Source: Brevibacterium luteolum
GTDB lineage: Bacteria > Actinomycetota > Actinomycetes > Actinomycetales > Brevibacteriaceae
Direction: 5' to 3'
NCBI RefSeq assembly: GCF_013004595.1
Contig: NZ_JABEMC010000005.1
Coordinates: 1-64,000, forward strand
Length of the DNA stretch: 64,000 bases
Every line of letters begins with the position of its first letter. Within the stretch, counting starts at the first letter, position 1. Under the pieces are notes generated by a model, which was not told the DNA's origin, ran no database searches, and was given only the letters and a program-made list of their open reading frames with translations. Of the stretch, positions 8,092 to 17,316 are shown in pieces. The position numbers were made by a program, and so were the translations under genes.

Positions 8092-10373
8092 CATCGGCCG
8101 ACCCCAACCCGGCAGCCAGCAGCTCGCCAGTCAGAAGAAGCTCTGCGAACATCTCGCACGCCTGGGTGGAATCGCCGTTGCAGCTCGTCTCGGCGGTCGA
8201 GGCACGACTGCCGGAAGAACAGCTGGAGATCCATGCGCGCATCGATGCAGAGGGCATGGACAGCTTTCTGCAGCGCTTCCGCAGCGAGTGGCTGCCTGCC
8301 GGCGTTACGATCGTCGCGATGGCCGAGATCGATCCGCAGATCTTCACCACCCGCAGCGGCCGGCTGCTCATCGGTGACCTGTGCTCCGGGCGCCTGCAGC
8401 GGGCCATGCTTGCCTCAGGACTGCAGCTGCGTCGGCCGGTGGTGGTCATTGATGACGGCTTCGCCACCCTGCATGCGGTGCGCGAACTCGTCAGCCGCCG
8501 GTCCCGACCGCTTGTGCGCCCGCGTCAGAAGACAAGCCGCTCCCGCCGGGCAGCCGCCTACGCCGTGGCTATGCTGCTGCGGGCAGTGATGCACGAGCGT
8601 CGGCTGTCGTGGACCACTGCCCTGCAGGTACCCGACGAGCTCATCATCTCCTTCACCGCAGCCGGCGGAACCGTGCGCCGGCACACCTTCGAGTACGTCC
8701 GCAGCCTGCCGGATGCCGGCAGCCGCGTACCCGAACGCATCATCATCGGTTCGGCGTTGGCCGCCGATGACCTCATCACCGCCGAAGCCTACTTCGACTG
8801 GCTGGCGGCGACCGTCGAGAGCCTGCAGCCCAGCGCCGAGGCCCCAGTGGCCTACTTCGCGCACCGCCGGGAGACCCCGGAGCTGCTCGCCCGAGTCGCC
8901 CAGCTGCCGCACGTCACCGTCCGGCATGCCCACCTGCCGGTCGAGATCCGCCTGACTACGGCCCCGGCCGGCGCACAGGTCCGCAGCCTGCCCACCTCGG
9001 CGGTGGCCAATCTGCCGGCCACGATGCAGGAACCGAACATCGCCGTCACCGCGATCCCGCCGTCCTGGTGGACCGGCACAGCACCTGACCGGCTGCGCCA
9101 GCAGCTGAATGCGGCCGCCGCAGCACCGGACACCGACGGCAGTGAGTACCGGATCGTGGCGATCGCCGACAGTGAGTCCTACCTCAAGTGGGCCGCCCGG
9201 GTGCTCGATTCCCTCGGCCCGGACATCGACGCGCAGCTGTGGGTCATCGACACTCCGATCCGTCCGACCGCCGGCCAGATCTCCCACGCTCTCGCCGGCT
9301 CCTCATGGGCAGGCACCCAGGTGCCGGTCGTCGAGCGCGCTGAGCTGCACGACCGGCTCGCCGCCGCCGGAACCGATGTGGTGCTCGCCGCGGCGACTGG
9401 CCCGGTCGTCCAGCAGATCGCGGCCACCGCTCACCGTCTGCCGCGGCGGCCCGGCCTGGCTACCGGACTGCCGGGCATCGGCTTGCCGGCCCGGCAGAAG
9501 GGCGTGCGGTACCGCCGCGACTGCGATCTGTTTCTCGCCCACTCCCACCACGAACGTGAGGCATACCGCGCTGCAGCCACCCGCGCCGGAGTGGCACTGG
9601 AGATCACCGTCGCCCGGCTGCCGTTGCTGACCAGCACCGATGTGCCCGAACCGGCCTTCGAGATGCAGGCTGACGGCACTGCCCCGGTGCCCACCCGGAT
9701 CGTCTTCGCCCCCCAGGCCAAAGTGCCCACTGAGCGTCAGGAGCGGATCGCGATCCTACAGGCGCTTGCCGCCTTCGCCCGCCGGCACCCTGATTCCGAG
9801 GCGATCGTCAAGGTCCGGTCGCTGCCCGGTGAGCAGGAGACCCATCATGAAGAGCACAGCTACCTCTCGCTCATTCAGGAACTCACTGCCTCAGGGGAGC
9901 TCGCAGCTGGAGAGCTGTCGATCGCAGTCGGGCCCATGGATGAGTTCCTCACCGCTGGCTCGGCTCTTGTGACGGTGTCGTCGACGGCCGCGCTCGAATC
10001 GATCGACCGCGGCCTGCAGACGCTCATCATCTCCGATTTCGGGGTTTCGGAAGATCTCCTCAATGCAGTCTTCGACGGTTCCGGGATTCTCGGCTCGCTG
10101 CAGGACCTGTCTGCCGGACGCATCGGCTTTCCCAACGCGACGTGGCTGCAGGAGAACTACTTCCACCCTCCCTCGGCGGAGGTCAACCGGGCGTTTCGGA
10201 TCCTTGCCGCACGGTCTCAGCAGTATCAGCTGCGGTCTCAGCCGTGGATCAAGCACATCAACAGCTGGCGAGCCGTGCGCGCCGAACTGCGCACTGCAGC
10301 GCCGCAGCCGGTCGTCGACGGCTACCGCTTCGCTGTGAAGCAGGTCAGAAGGCTCAGCCGTCGGCTGCGCTGA
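8088..10373 (+). CDS. Two-domain fusion: sialyltransferase-like N-terminal domain plus DUF6716-like putative glycosyltransferase
   Basis: N-half ESPLQL, IDDG, YFAHRRE, LPVE; Ala-rich linker; C-half ADSESYLKWAA, FAPQAKVP, VKVRSLPGEQETH, TVSSTAALES, ENYFHP. Confidence 0.7.
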   Translation: MTSADPNPAASSSPVRRSSANISHAWVESPLQLVSAVEARLPEEQLEIHARIDAEGMDSFLQRFRSEWLPAGVTIVAMAEIDPQIFTTRSGRLLIGDLCSGRLQRAMLASGLQLRRPVVVIDDGFATLHAVRELVSRRSRPLVRPRQKTSRSRRAAAYAVAMLLRAVMHERRLSWTTALQVPDELIISFTAAGGTVRRHTFEYVRSLPDAGSRVPERIIIGSALAADDLITAEAYFDWLAATVESLQPSAEAPVAYFAHRRETPELLARVAQLPHVTVRHAHLPVEIRLTTAPAGAQVRSLPTSAVANLPATMQEPNIAVTAIPPSWWTGTAPDRLRQQLNAAAAAPDTDGSEYRIVAIADSESYLKWAARVLDSLGPDIDAQLWVIDTPIRPTAGQISHALAGSSWAGTQVPVVERAELHDRLAAAGTDVVLAAATGPVVQQIAATAHRLPRRPGLATGLPGIGLPARQKGVRYRRDCDLFLAHSHHEREAYRAAATRAGVALEITVARLPLLTSTDVPEPAFEMQADGTAPVPTRIVFAPQAKVPTERQERIAILQALAAFARRHPDSEAIVKVRSLPGEQETHHEEHSYLSLIQELTASGELAAGELSIAVGPMDEFLTAGSALVTVSSTAALESIDRGLQTLIISDFGVSEDLLNAVFDGSGILGSLQDLSAGRIGFPNATWLQENYFHPPSAEVNRAFRILAARSQQYQLRSQPWIKHINSWRAVRAELRTAAPQPVVDGYRFAVKQVRRLSRRLR

Positions 10374-10380
10374 ACTTCGC

Positions 10381-10899
10381 TCAACGGCGGGAGGACGGGA
10401 GCTCGTCCTCGGCCAGCGAAACGACGACTTCGGCTTCTGTGATGTCCCTAAACACCCACGTGCGGTAGGCGTAGAAGCGGAAGATCATCGCCAGCGCGAT
10501 ACCGATGACATTGGTCGAGAGGTTGTAGCTGATGGGGTCTCGCAGCCCCAGGATGTACCACGTGAACCCCAGCGGGATGACCGCGATGACCATGCCGATG
10601 GCATTGACAACGGCGAACATGATGAAGCCGCGCACATTCGAGCCCGAATCGCGGTCACCGTAGGTCCAGAGCTTGTTGCCCAGCCACGCGACGATGACGG
10701 AGAGCACCGTCGAGATGATCTTGGCCTTGAGCGGGCTGCCGGGCATGAGCGCAGGCACACCCAAGAAGCCGTAGACGAGCAGATTCGAGACACCGACGTC
10801 GACGACGTAGGCGAATCCGCCGACCGACAGGAACCGCAACACCTCGACAGCAAGCGTCCGCCAGCGAGAGACGGGCACAGAGGTGGCGGGGAGCGGCAT
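10381..10899 (-). CDS. GtrA family protein
   Basis: LRFLSVGGFAYVVDVG, AWLGNKLWTY, FRFYAYRTWVF; ATG lies 7 nt after TATGAT. Confidence 0.88.
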   Translation of the reverse strand: MPLPATSVPVSRWRTLAVEVLRFLSVGGFAYVVDVGVSNLLVYGFLGVPALMPGSPLKAKIISTVLSVIVAWLGNKLWTYGDRDSGSNVRGFIMFAVVNAIGMVIAVIPLGFTWYILGLRDPISYNLSTNVIGIALAMIFRFYAYRTWVFRDITEAEVVVSLAEDELPSSRR

Positions 10900-10986
10900 G
10901 CGCACCATCATACGGCCCGAATATCCGCCTGTCGCCCGCACAGCCGCCGTTGAAGTGACATGTAGGTGAACGATGCCCAGGCACTG

Positions 10987-11002
10987 CGTGACGAGCTTCA
11001 CG
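10987..11002. promoter_or_regulatory. CRP/GlxR-like palindrome upstream of metN
   Basis: CGTGA-CGAGCT-TCACG. Confidence 0.45.
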
Positions 11003-11092
11003 TTATGTCAGCAGATGACGCTGCAGCACAGATGAAGGGAACCAGTGGGGCTAGCCTGACGTAGCCGAATCCCTGCAATCGAAGGAACCCCT

Positions 11093-12052
11093 GTGATCGA
11101 ACTGCGTGACCTGCGAAAGGAGTTCGCCGGTGTCACGGCACTCGACGGCATCAGCCTGTCAGTGCCGGCTGGCCAGATCCACGGCATCGTCGGCCGCTCC
11201 GGAGCCGGCAAGTCGACGCTCATCCGCTGCCTGACCGGGCTCGAACGCCCCACCTCGGGCACGGTGCGCATCGGTGACGTCGACATCACCAGCGCCCGCG
11301 GAGCTGCACTGCGCACCGCCCGTCGCACGATCGGAATGGTGTTCCAGCACGCGAACCTGCTCGATTCGCGCACCGCGCTGCGGAATGTCGAACATCCCCT
11401 GGAGATCGCCGGCGTCGGCCGGACTGAGCGCCGCCGCCGCGCTGCTGAGCTGCTGGAGCTCGTGGGCTTGGGCGATCGGTTGGACAACCATCCTGCGCAG
11501 CTCTCCGGCGGGCAGCAGCAGCGCGTCGGCATCGCACGAGCGCTCGCCGCCGAACCGCAGATCCTGCTGTGCGATGAGCCGACCTCAGCTCTTGACTCGC
11601 ACACCACCCGCCAGATCCTGGCACTCATCCGCTCCCTGCGTGACAGGCTCGGGATCACGGTGCTCATCATCACCCACGAGATGTCGGTCGTCCGGGAGGT
11701 CTGCGATTCGGTGACTCTGCTCGCCGACGGACAAATCGAGCACACCGGTTCGATCATCGACGTCATCGGCCAGGCCGACTCCCCGCTCAGCCGCGCACTC
11801 CTGCCGCTGCCGTCCAGCGGCAGAACGCACGGCACTGTCGTCGAAGCCCTCACCACCGGCATCAGCCTCGATGCCGCGCTCGAGGCGGTGCGCACCTCCG
11901 GAACGGAGGCGCACCTCGATGCAGGAACCGTCGAGACGATCGCCGGCACGCTCGTCGGACGGCTGCAGTTCACCGTCGGCGGGCAGGCCGCTGCCGACAC
12001 CCTCATCAGTGCGCTGGCCGCGCATGACATCCACGCGGAGGTCGCAGCATGA
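11093..12052 (+). CDS. metN: Methionine ABC transporter ATP-binding protein
   Basis: GRSGAGKS, LSGGQQQRV, LLCDEPTSALD, ITHEMSVV; C-terminal NIL-like domain. Confidence 0.92.
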   Translation: MIELRDLRKEFAGVTALDGISLSVPAGQIHGIVGRSGAGKSTLIRCLTGLERPTSGTVRIGDVDITSARGAALRTARRTIGMVFQHANLLDSRTALRNVEHPLEIAGVGRTERRRRAAELLELVGLGDRLDNHPAQLSGGQQQRVGIARALAAEPQILLCDEPTSALDSHTTRQILALIRSLRDRLGITVLIITHEMSVVREVCDSVTLLADGQIEHTGSIIDVIGQADSPLSRALLPLPSSGRTHGTVVEALTTGISLDAALEAVRTSGTEAHLDAGTVETIAGTLVGRLQFTVGGQAAADTLISALAAHDIHAEVAA

Positions 12053-12723
12053 ATGATGCCACCTGGTTCAACAACCCCGCCATCACCAGTGAGCTGCTGC
12101 CGGCTCTCGGTGAGACCCTGGCCATGACGGCGTGGGCGACGGTCATCTCCGTGGCACTCGGTCTGCCGCTGGGCATCTGGCTGTTCGTCACCACGCCGCA
12201 CTCTCTGGCACCGAACCGGACGGTGCACCAGGTCGTGTCGACGATCGTCGACATCGGCCGGTCGATTCCATTCATTGTGCTCATCGTCGCAATCATCCCG
12301 TTCACCCGGCTGCTCGTCGGCACCGCGCTCGGCTGGAAGGCCGCGGTCGTTGCGCTCACGCTCAGCGCGATCCCGTTCTATGCCCGGCTGGTCGAAAACG
12401 CCCTCCACGAGGTCTCGGCCGGCAAGATCGAGGCCGCGCAGATGATGGGCGCCAGCCGCCGGCAGATCATCGGTCAGGTTCTTGTGCGCGAAGCGCTTCC
12501 CGGGCTCATCGGTGCAGCCACGGTCACCGCCGTCGCGTTGGTGAACTACACCGCGATGGCCGGCGCTGTCGGCGGCGGCGGACTCGGAGACCTTGCGATC
12601 GCCTACGGCTACAACCGCTACCAGGGCGACGTCATGATCGCCTGCATCGTCCTGCTCGTCCTCGTCGTCGGCCTCATCCAGTTCACTGGTGACCGCCTCG
12701 CCCGGCTTGTCGATCACCGCTGA
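12049..12723 (+). CDS. metI: Methionine ABC transporter permease
   Basis: RSIPFIVL, EAAQMMGA, MAGAVGGGGLGDLAIAYGYNRY. Confidence 0.92.
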   Translation: MNDATWFNNPAITSELLPALGETLAMTAWATVISVALGLPLGIWLFVTTPHSLAPNRTVHQVVSTIVDIGRSIPFIVLIVAIIPFTRLLVGTALGWKAAVVALTLSAIPFYARLVENALHEVSAGKIEAAQMMGASRRQIIGQVLVREALPGLIGAATVTAVALVNYTAMAGAVGGGGLGDLAIAYGYNRYQGDVMIACIVLLVLVVGLIQFTGDRLARLVDHR

Positions 12724-12775
12724 AACATCCCATTCCGCTGTCCGCATTCGCGTGCAGCCCTTCTGAAGGAGAACC

Positions 12776-13618
12776 ATGAAACATCTGCCCACCCTCGCTC
12801 TCGCGGCCTCAACCGCACTCGCCCTCACCCTCACTGGCTGCGGTCTGTCCAAGAGCGAGACCGACGTCGGCGAGAAGAACGGCGAGGTCACCACGCTGAC
12901 GATCGGCACCTCGGTGACCCCGCACGGTGATATCTGGCGGTTCATCGACGAGAACCTCGCAGCCGACGCCGGGCTGGACATCGAGGTCAAGGAGTTCACT
13001 GACTACTCGCTGCCCAACCGGGCGCTGAGCGACGGCGAACTCGATGCCAACTACTTCCAGCACCTTCCGTACCTGGAGTCGGAGATCGAGGGGCAGGGCT
13101 ACGAACTGCACCACTTCACCCCGGGTGTGCACGTCGAGCCGTTCGCACTGTACTCGAAGAAGATCGACGACATCGCCGACCTGCCCGACGGCGCAAAGAT
13201 CGGCATCAACAACGACCCAGCCAACCAGGGCCGGGCGCTCAAGCTGCTGGCCGACAATGACCTCATCAGCCTCGGCGACGCCGACCCGATCACCGCCACC
13301 ATCCACGACGTCGCTGAGAATCCGAAGAATCTGCAGTTCATCGAAGCAGAAGCAGCGTCACTGGCCCGCACCCTCGACGACACCGACGCCTCGGTCATCA
13401 ACGGCAACAACGCCCTGGGCGCCGGTCTGTCATCGAAGAAGGACGGCATTCTCGTCGAGAGCCCGGCAGACAATCCGTATGCGAACATCCTCGTCGTGCG
13501 TGAGGGCACGCAGGATGATCCGGCGATCCAGAAGCTCCACGAACTCTCGCAGTCGCAGGAGGTCAAGGACTTCATCGAGGACACCTGGCCCGAAGGTGAG
13601 GTCATTCCAGCTGAGTAA
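12776..13618 (+). CDS. metQ: MetQ/NlpA family lipoprotein substrate-binding protein
   Basis: LTGC lipobox, DANYFQHLPYL, NDPANQGRALKLL, NPYANILVV. Confidence 0.92.
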   Translation: MKHLPTLALAASTALALTLTGCGLSKSETDVGEKNGEVTTLTIGTSVTPHGDIWRFIDENLAADAGLDIEVKEFTDYSLPNRALSDGELDANYFQHLPYLESEIEGQGYELHHFTPGVHVEPFALYSKKIDDIADLPDGAKIGINNDPANQGRALKLLADNDLISLGDADPITATIHDVAENPKNLQFIEAEAASLARTLDDTDASVINGNNALGAGLSSKKDGILVESPADNPYANILVVREGTQDDPAIQKLHELSQSQEVKDFIEDTWPEGEVIPAE

Positions 13619-13625
13619 CCCAGCG

Positions 13626-13684
13626 CAATGCTGGAGCACAGGCAGGGCTGTGGGAGTTCATCCCACGGCCCTGCTTCAGCATTG
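13626..13684. terminator. Bidirectional hairpin terminator between convergent metQ and fhs
   Basis: GCAGGGCTGTGGGA/TCCCACGGCCCTGC stem, with outer CAATGCTG/CAGCATTG arms. Confidence 0.75.
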
Positions 13685-13692
13685 AGGGCAGG

Positions 13693-15399
13693 TCAGAACA
13701 ACCCGGTGATGCGGCCGTCATCATCGACGTCGATGGTCAGTGCCGCCGGCTTCTTCGGCAGGCCGGGCATCGTCATGATGTCTCCGCAGACTGCGACGAC
13801 GAAACCGGCACCGGCGGACAATCGCACGTCACGGACTTCGAGGACGTGGCCCTCCGGTGCGCCGCGCAGGGCTGCGTCAGTGCTGAAGGAGTACTGCGTC
13901 TTGGCAATGCACACGGGAAGCTGTGCGTAGCCTTCCGCAGCGAACTGATCGAGCTTGCGCTTGACCGCCGGTGGGAACCGCACCTCGCCGGCCCGGTAGA
14001 TCCGAGTGGCGACGGTCTCGATCTTCTCCGCCAGGCTGGCGTCGGGCTCGTATGCGTACTGCGGGGCGGCCTCCTCGGGGTGCTGAGCAGCTGCCATCAC
14101 CGCACGCGCCAGCTCCACCGCGCCGGCCCCGCCCTCGGCCCAGTGCCGGGCTTCGACTGCGGTGACGCCTTCGGCGGCGAGGTCGTCGATGAGCGCGGAG
14201 ATCTCTGCGTCGGTATCAGATGGGAACCGGTTGATGCTCACAACTGCGGGAATACCGAAGACGCTGCGCAGGTTCTCCAGGTGGCGGCGCAGATTCGGCA
14301 GTCCGGCGCGCATCGCCTCGATGTTCTCGTCTTCGAGAGCGGTCTTGTCGACACCGCCGTGGTATTTCAGCGCCCGGACGGTCGCCACGACGACTGTGGC
14401 CGAGGGCCAGATTCCGGCTGCGCGGGCCTTGATGTCGAGGAACTTCTCAGCTCCCAAGTCAGCGCCGAAGCCGGCTTCTGTCACCGCCCACTGGCCGAAA
14501 GTCAGCGCGGCATCGGTGGCGAGCACTGAGTTGCAGCCGTGGGCGATGTTGGCGAACGGGCCACCGTGGACGAATGCCGGGGTGTGTTCGATGCTCTGGA
14601 CGAGGTTCGGGGCCAGCGCATTGCGCAGCAGCGCGGTCATCGCACCGGCCGCTCCCACATCGGCGACGGTCACTGGTTCCTTGTTGCGGGTGCGGGCGAG
14701 CACGATGCGTCCAAGGCGCTCCTTGAGGTCCTCAAGACTGGTCGCCAGGCAGAACACGGCCATCACCTCGCTGGCGACGACGATGTCGAAGGCGTCTTCG
14801 CGCGGGACGCCGCCGTTGTAGCCGCCGAGCCCGATGGCTGCGGCACGCAGGGCCCGGTCGTTGAGGTCGACGACGCGGCGGATGGTGATCCGGCGCGGGT
14901 CGATGTCGAGTTCGTTGCCGTGATGCATGTGGTTGTCGAGCATCGCGGCAGCGAGATTGTTGGCCAGGGCGATGGCTGCGAAGTCGCCGGTGAAGTGGAG
15001 GTTGATGTCTTCCATCGGCAGCACTTGCGCGTGTCCGCCGCCGGCAGCGCCGCCCTTCATGCCGAACACAGGGCCGAGGCTGGGCTCACGCAGGGCGAGA
15101 ACGGCCGGGTGCTTACCCGGCACCTCGGGCCAGGATTCGAGTCGGGCGACTTCGTTGATCGCATCGGCCAGGCCGATGCTCGTCGTGGTCTTGCCTTCAC
15201 CGGCAGGGGTCGGGCTCATGGCGGTGACGAGGATGAGGCGGCCGGGCTCGGCATCTTCTCTGTCCAGCACGGACAGGGGGATCTTGGCCTTGTCGTGACC
15301 GAAGGGGATGATGTCGGCTGCACTTAGTCCGACAGAGGCTGCGATGTCTCCGATCGGCTTGAGCTGTGCTTGGGAGGCGATTTCGAGGTCGGTGGACAT
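13693..15399 (-). CDS. fhs: Formate--tetrahydrofolate ligase
   Basis: TPAGEGKTT, REPSLGP, KGGAAGGG, HGGPFANIAHGCNS, TEAGFGADLGAEKF, IMTMPGLP. Confidence 0.96.
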   Translation of the reverse strand: MSTDLEIASQAQLKPIGDIAASVGLSAADIIPFGHDKAKIPLSVLDREDAEPGRLILVTAMSPTPAGEGKTTTSIGLADAINEVARLESWPEVPGKHPAVLALREPSLGPVFGMKGGAAGGGHAQVLPMEDINLHFTGDFAAIALANNLAAAMLDNHMHHGNELDIDPRRITIRRVVDLNDRALRAAAIGLGGYNGGVPREDAFDIVVASEVMAVFCLATSLEDLKERLGRIVLARTRNKEPVTVADVGAAGAMTALLRNALAPNLVQSIEHTPAFVHGGPFANIAHGCNSVLATDAALTFGQWAVTEAGFGADLGAEKFLDIKARAAGIWPSATVVVATVRALKYHGGVDKTALEDENIEAMRAGLPNLRRHLENLRSVFGIPAVVSINRFPSDTDAEISALIDDLAAEGVTAVEARHWAEGGAGAVELARAVMAAAQHPEEAAPQYAYEPDASLAEKIETVATRIYRAGEVRFPPAVKRKLDQFAAEGYAQLPVCIAKTQYSFSTDAALRGAPEGHVLEVRDVRLSAGAGFVVAVCGDIMTMPGLPKKPAALTIDVDDDGRITGLF

Positions 15400-15453
15400 G
15401 GGTTCAGTATGTCACGATGACCCGCTGACAGAACTGGTTTCGTGCGTTCTTCT

Positions 15454-16995
15454 TCAGCAGTCCTGATCGCCGTCTGCGACTGCTGGCTGAGGCTGCATCC
15501 ACTGCGGTTCGCTGAGCAGAAACCGGACTGCGGCGAACAGCGTCTGCTCCGTGCTTGGTGAGCACAGCACCCGCGGCTGCCCCGGCGACCCGGCATGACC
15601 GGGACCGAGCTTGAGATTGTGAATTCGCCGCTTGCCGAGCAGCGCCTGGTTCGCGGCATCCATCACCTGCGCATGGGTGGGCGGCTGTCCTGTAGCGCGG
15701 AGCTCCAGCGCGAGGCTGTCGACGATGTCGTGAACAGGAACGGAAACGGTGCCAGCAGTGAAGGCGCGCTCTCCGCCGGTGTGGCGACGGGCCTGCAGCT
15801 CAGCAGCGGTGCAGCTGAGCCGCACGAGCCCGGCGAATTCCGGTTTGGCGGCGCGGTCGATCCAGCGGAAGTAGCCGGTCACCACCGCCGAGGCGTCGAT
15901 GATCTCGCTTTCTTCGACGAGCGATTCTTCGCGCATCTCGCGCAGCATTCCGCTCAGCAGCAGTTCGGTCAGGGGGATCCGCAGCTTTCGTGCGCGTGCG
16001 CCTCTGCGCAGCAGCGAGGGTACCAGCAGCTGCCAGGGCCGGAAATCAGGATCAGCGTCAATGTGTTCCAGCGAGCCTGAACCGGATGCAGCGAGCGCAC
16101 TGGGGGCGACGGAGTTGCCGGCGGTCTGCTGGACGAAGATGAAATGGTCATCAGCGGTGACGGCCATGATCGAGATGCCGACGATGTTCGCAGCACCGGC
16201 GTTCTCCAGTGCGCGGATGTTGAAAGAACTGTCGAGCACGTATTCCTGCACCGGCGAGACCTCCGCGGCATCGGAGTCCGCGTGAGCCGGTGGGGTCAGG
16301 TCGCTGTCGTTGACCAGACCCCAGACCTCGTTCGAAGCCTCGCCGTCGAAGTACGTCACCGGGGTGACGTCGACGTTGCCGGATTCCAGTTGCGCCACCG
16401 TCGGTTCGGTTGACAGCCGCAGCAGGCGACCGTTGAAGCGCACAGGCAGCCGCACCCGGCGCGAGGTGTTGCGGTCGAAGCGCAGGGCCGCACCTGCGTG
16501 CTTTTCCAGAGTGGCCGGCATTTCGAAATCACGGGACATCAGACGGGCGAGCATTCTGTGCTGTACAGGTTCGGCCGCGTTCGCGTGATATGGCGACTGA
16601 CGCTGCAGCAGACGGTCGACAGCTTCATCCCACCAGAACTCGACAGGCACCGGGCCTGGCTGATTGGAGGATTCGGCGAGCCTGGGCTCGGCAGCCTTCC
16701 ACTGCACCGCTTGTTCCGGCTGCGCATGATGATCGCGGTGCCGGTAGGGACGAGTGCGCGGTCGGAAGCGCGTGGCATGCCATTTCGACCAGATCCGGCC
16801 GGCGTCGAAGATCAGCGCGAGCGCACCAGCGACCGCCCCGGCGATGAAGACCGGTCAGACCCACGCCTCCGCCAGCGCGACGATACCGGCAGTGAACATG
16901 AAGAGGGCCCACAGCAGACGCGTCTCCTGCGCGTAGACGAATCGGGCGTAGTCGAAATGCGACTGCAGATGGCGCCAGATCACAGCCGGCTTCAA
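15454..16995 (-). pseudogene. 2TM + NUDIX-like protein split by an in-frame TGA at 16855-16857
   Basis: Frame of ORF 15454-16707 extends upstream through two hydrophobic helices (LLWALFMFTAGIVALAEAWV*PVFIAGAVAGALALIFD); C-terminal GMLREMREES is NUDIX-box-like. Confidence 0.65.
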
Positions 16996-17316
16996 TTCCG
17001 GCCTGCCGCGCTTGTGCCGCGTTCCTGAGTCCGCTGCCTGTCAGTGTGCATGCTCCAGCTCTCTCCATCGTTCATCTCCAACCGTCTATCGATTCAACCC
17101 TACGGGAGCACAGCCGGGTTCCCACCCGGCCTGCAACCGGGTTCAAGGCGGAGCCCCGGGGCGTGGGTCACGTACGGTGGCGCGCGGCCTTCTAAGAAGC
17201 GGACGCCAGCCTTGCTATGATTCTGTGAGCGTTTCGACGTTCCACCTGCCCCTGCGACCGTCTAGCAGCTTGTTTGAGCGGGTGCGCTCACTCAGCTCAT
17301 GAAAGGGTTCTGCAGT

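Noticed and set aside
10950..11092. SAM-I/SAM-IV riboswitch or T-box ahead of metN
   Set aside because: The conserved cores (AUCnAGAG/GCAACC, or the T-box UGGnACC antiterminator) were not found; kept only as an unassigned hairpin.
16855..16857. Selenocysteine or programmed read-through at the in-frame TGA
   Set aside because: The context is a loop between TM helices where Trp fits, with no redox motif and no recognisable SECIS; a nonsense mutation or sequencing error is simpler.
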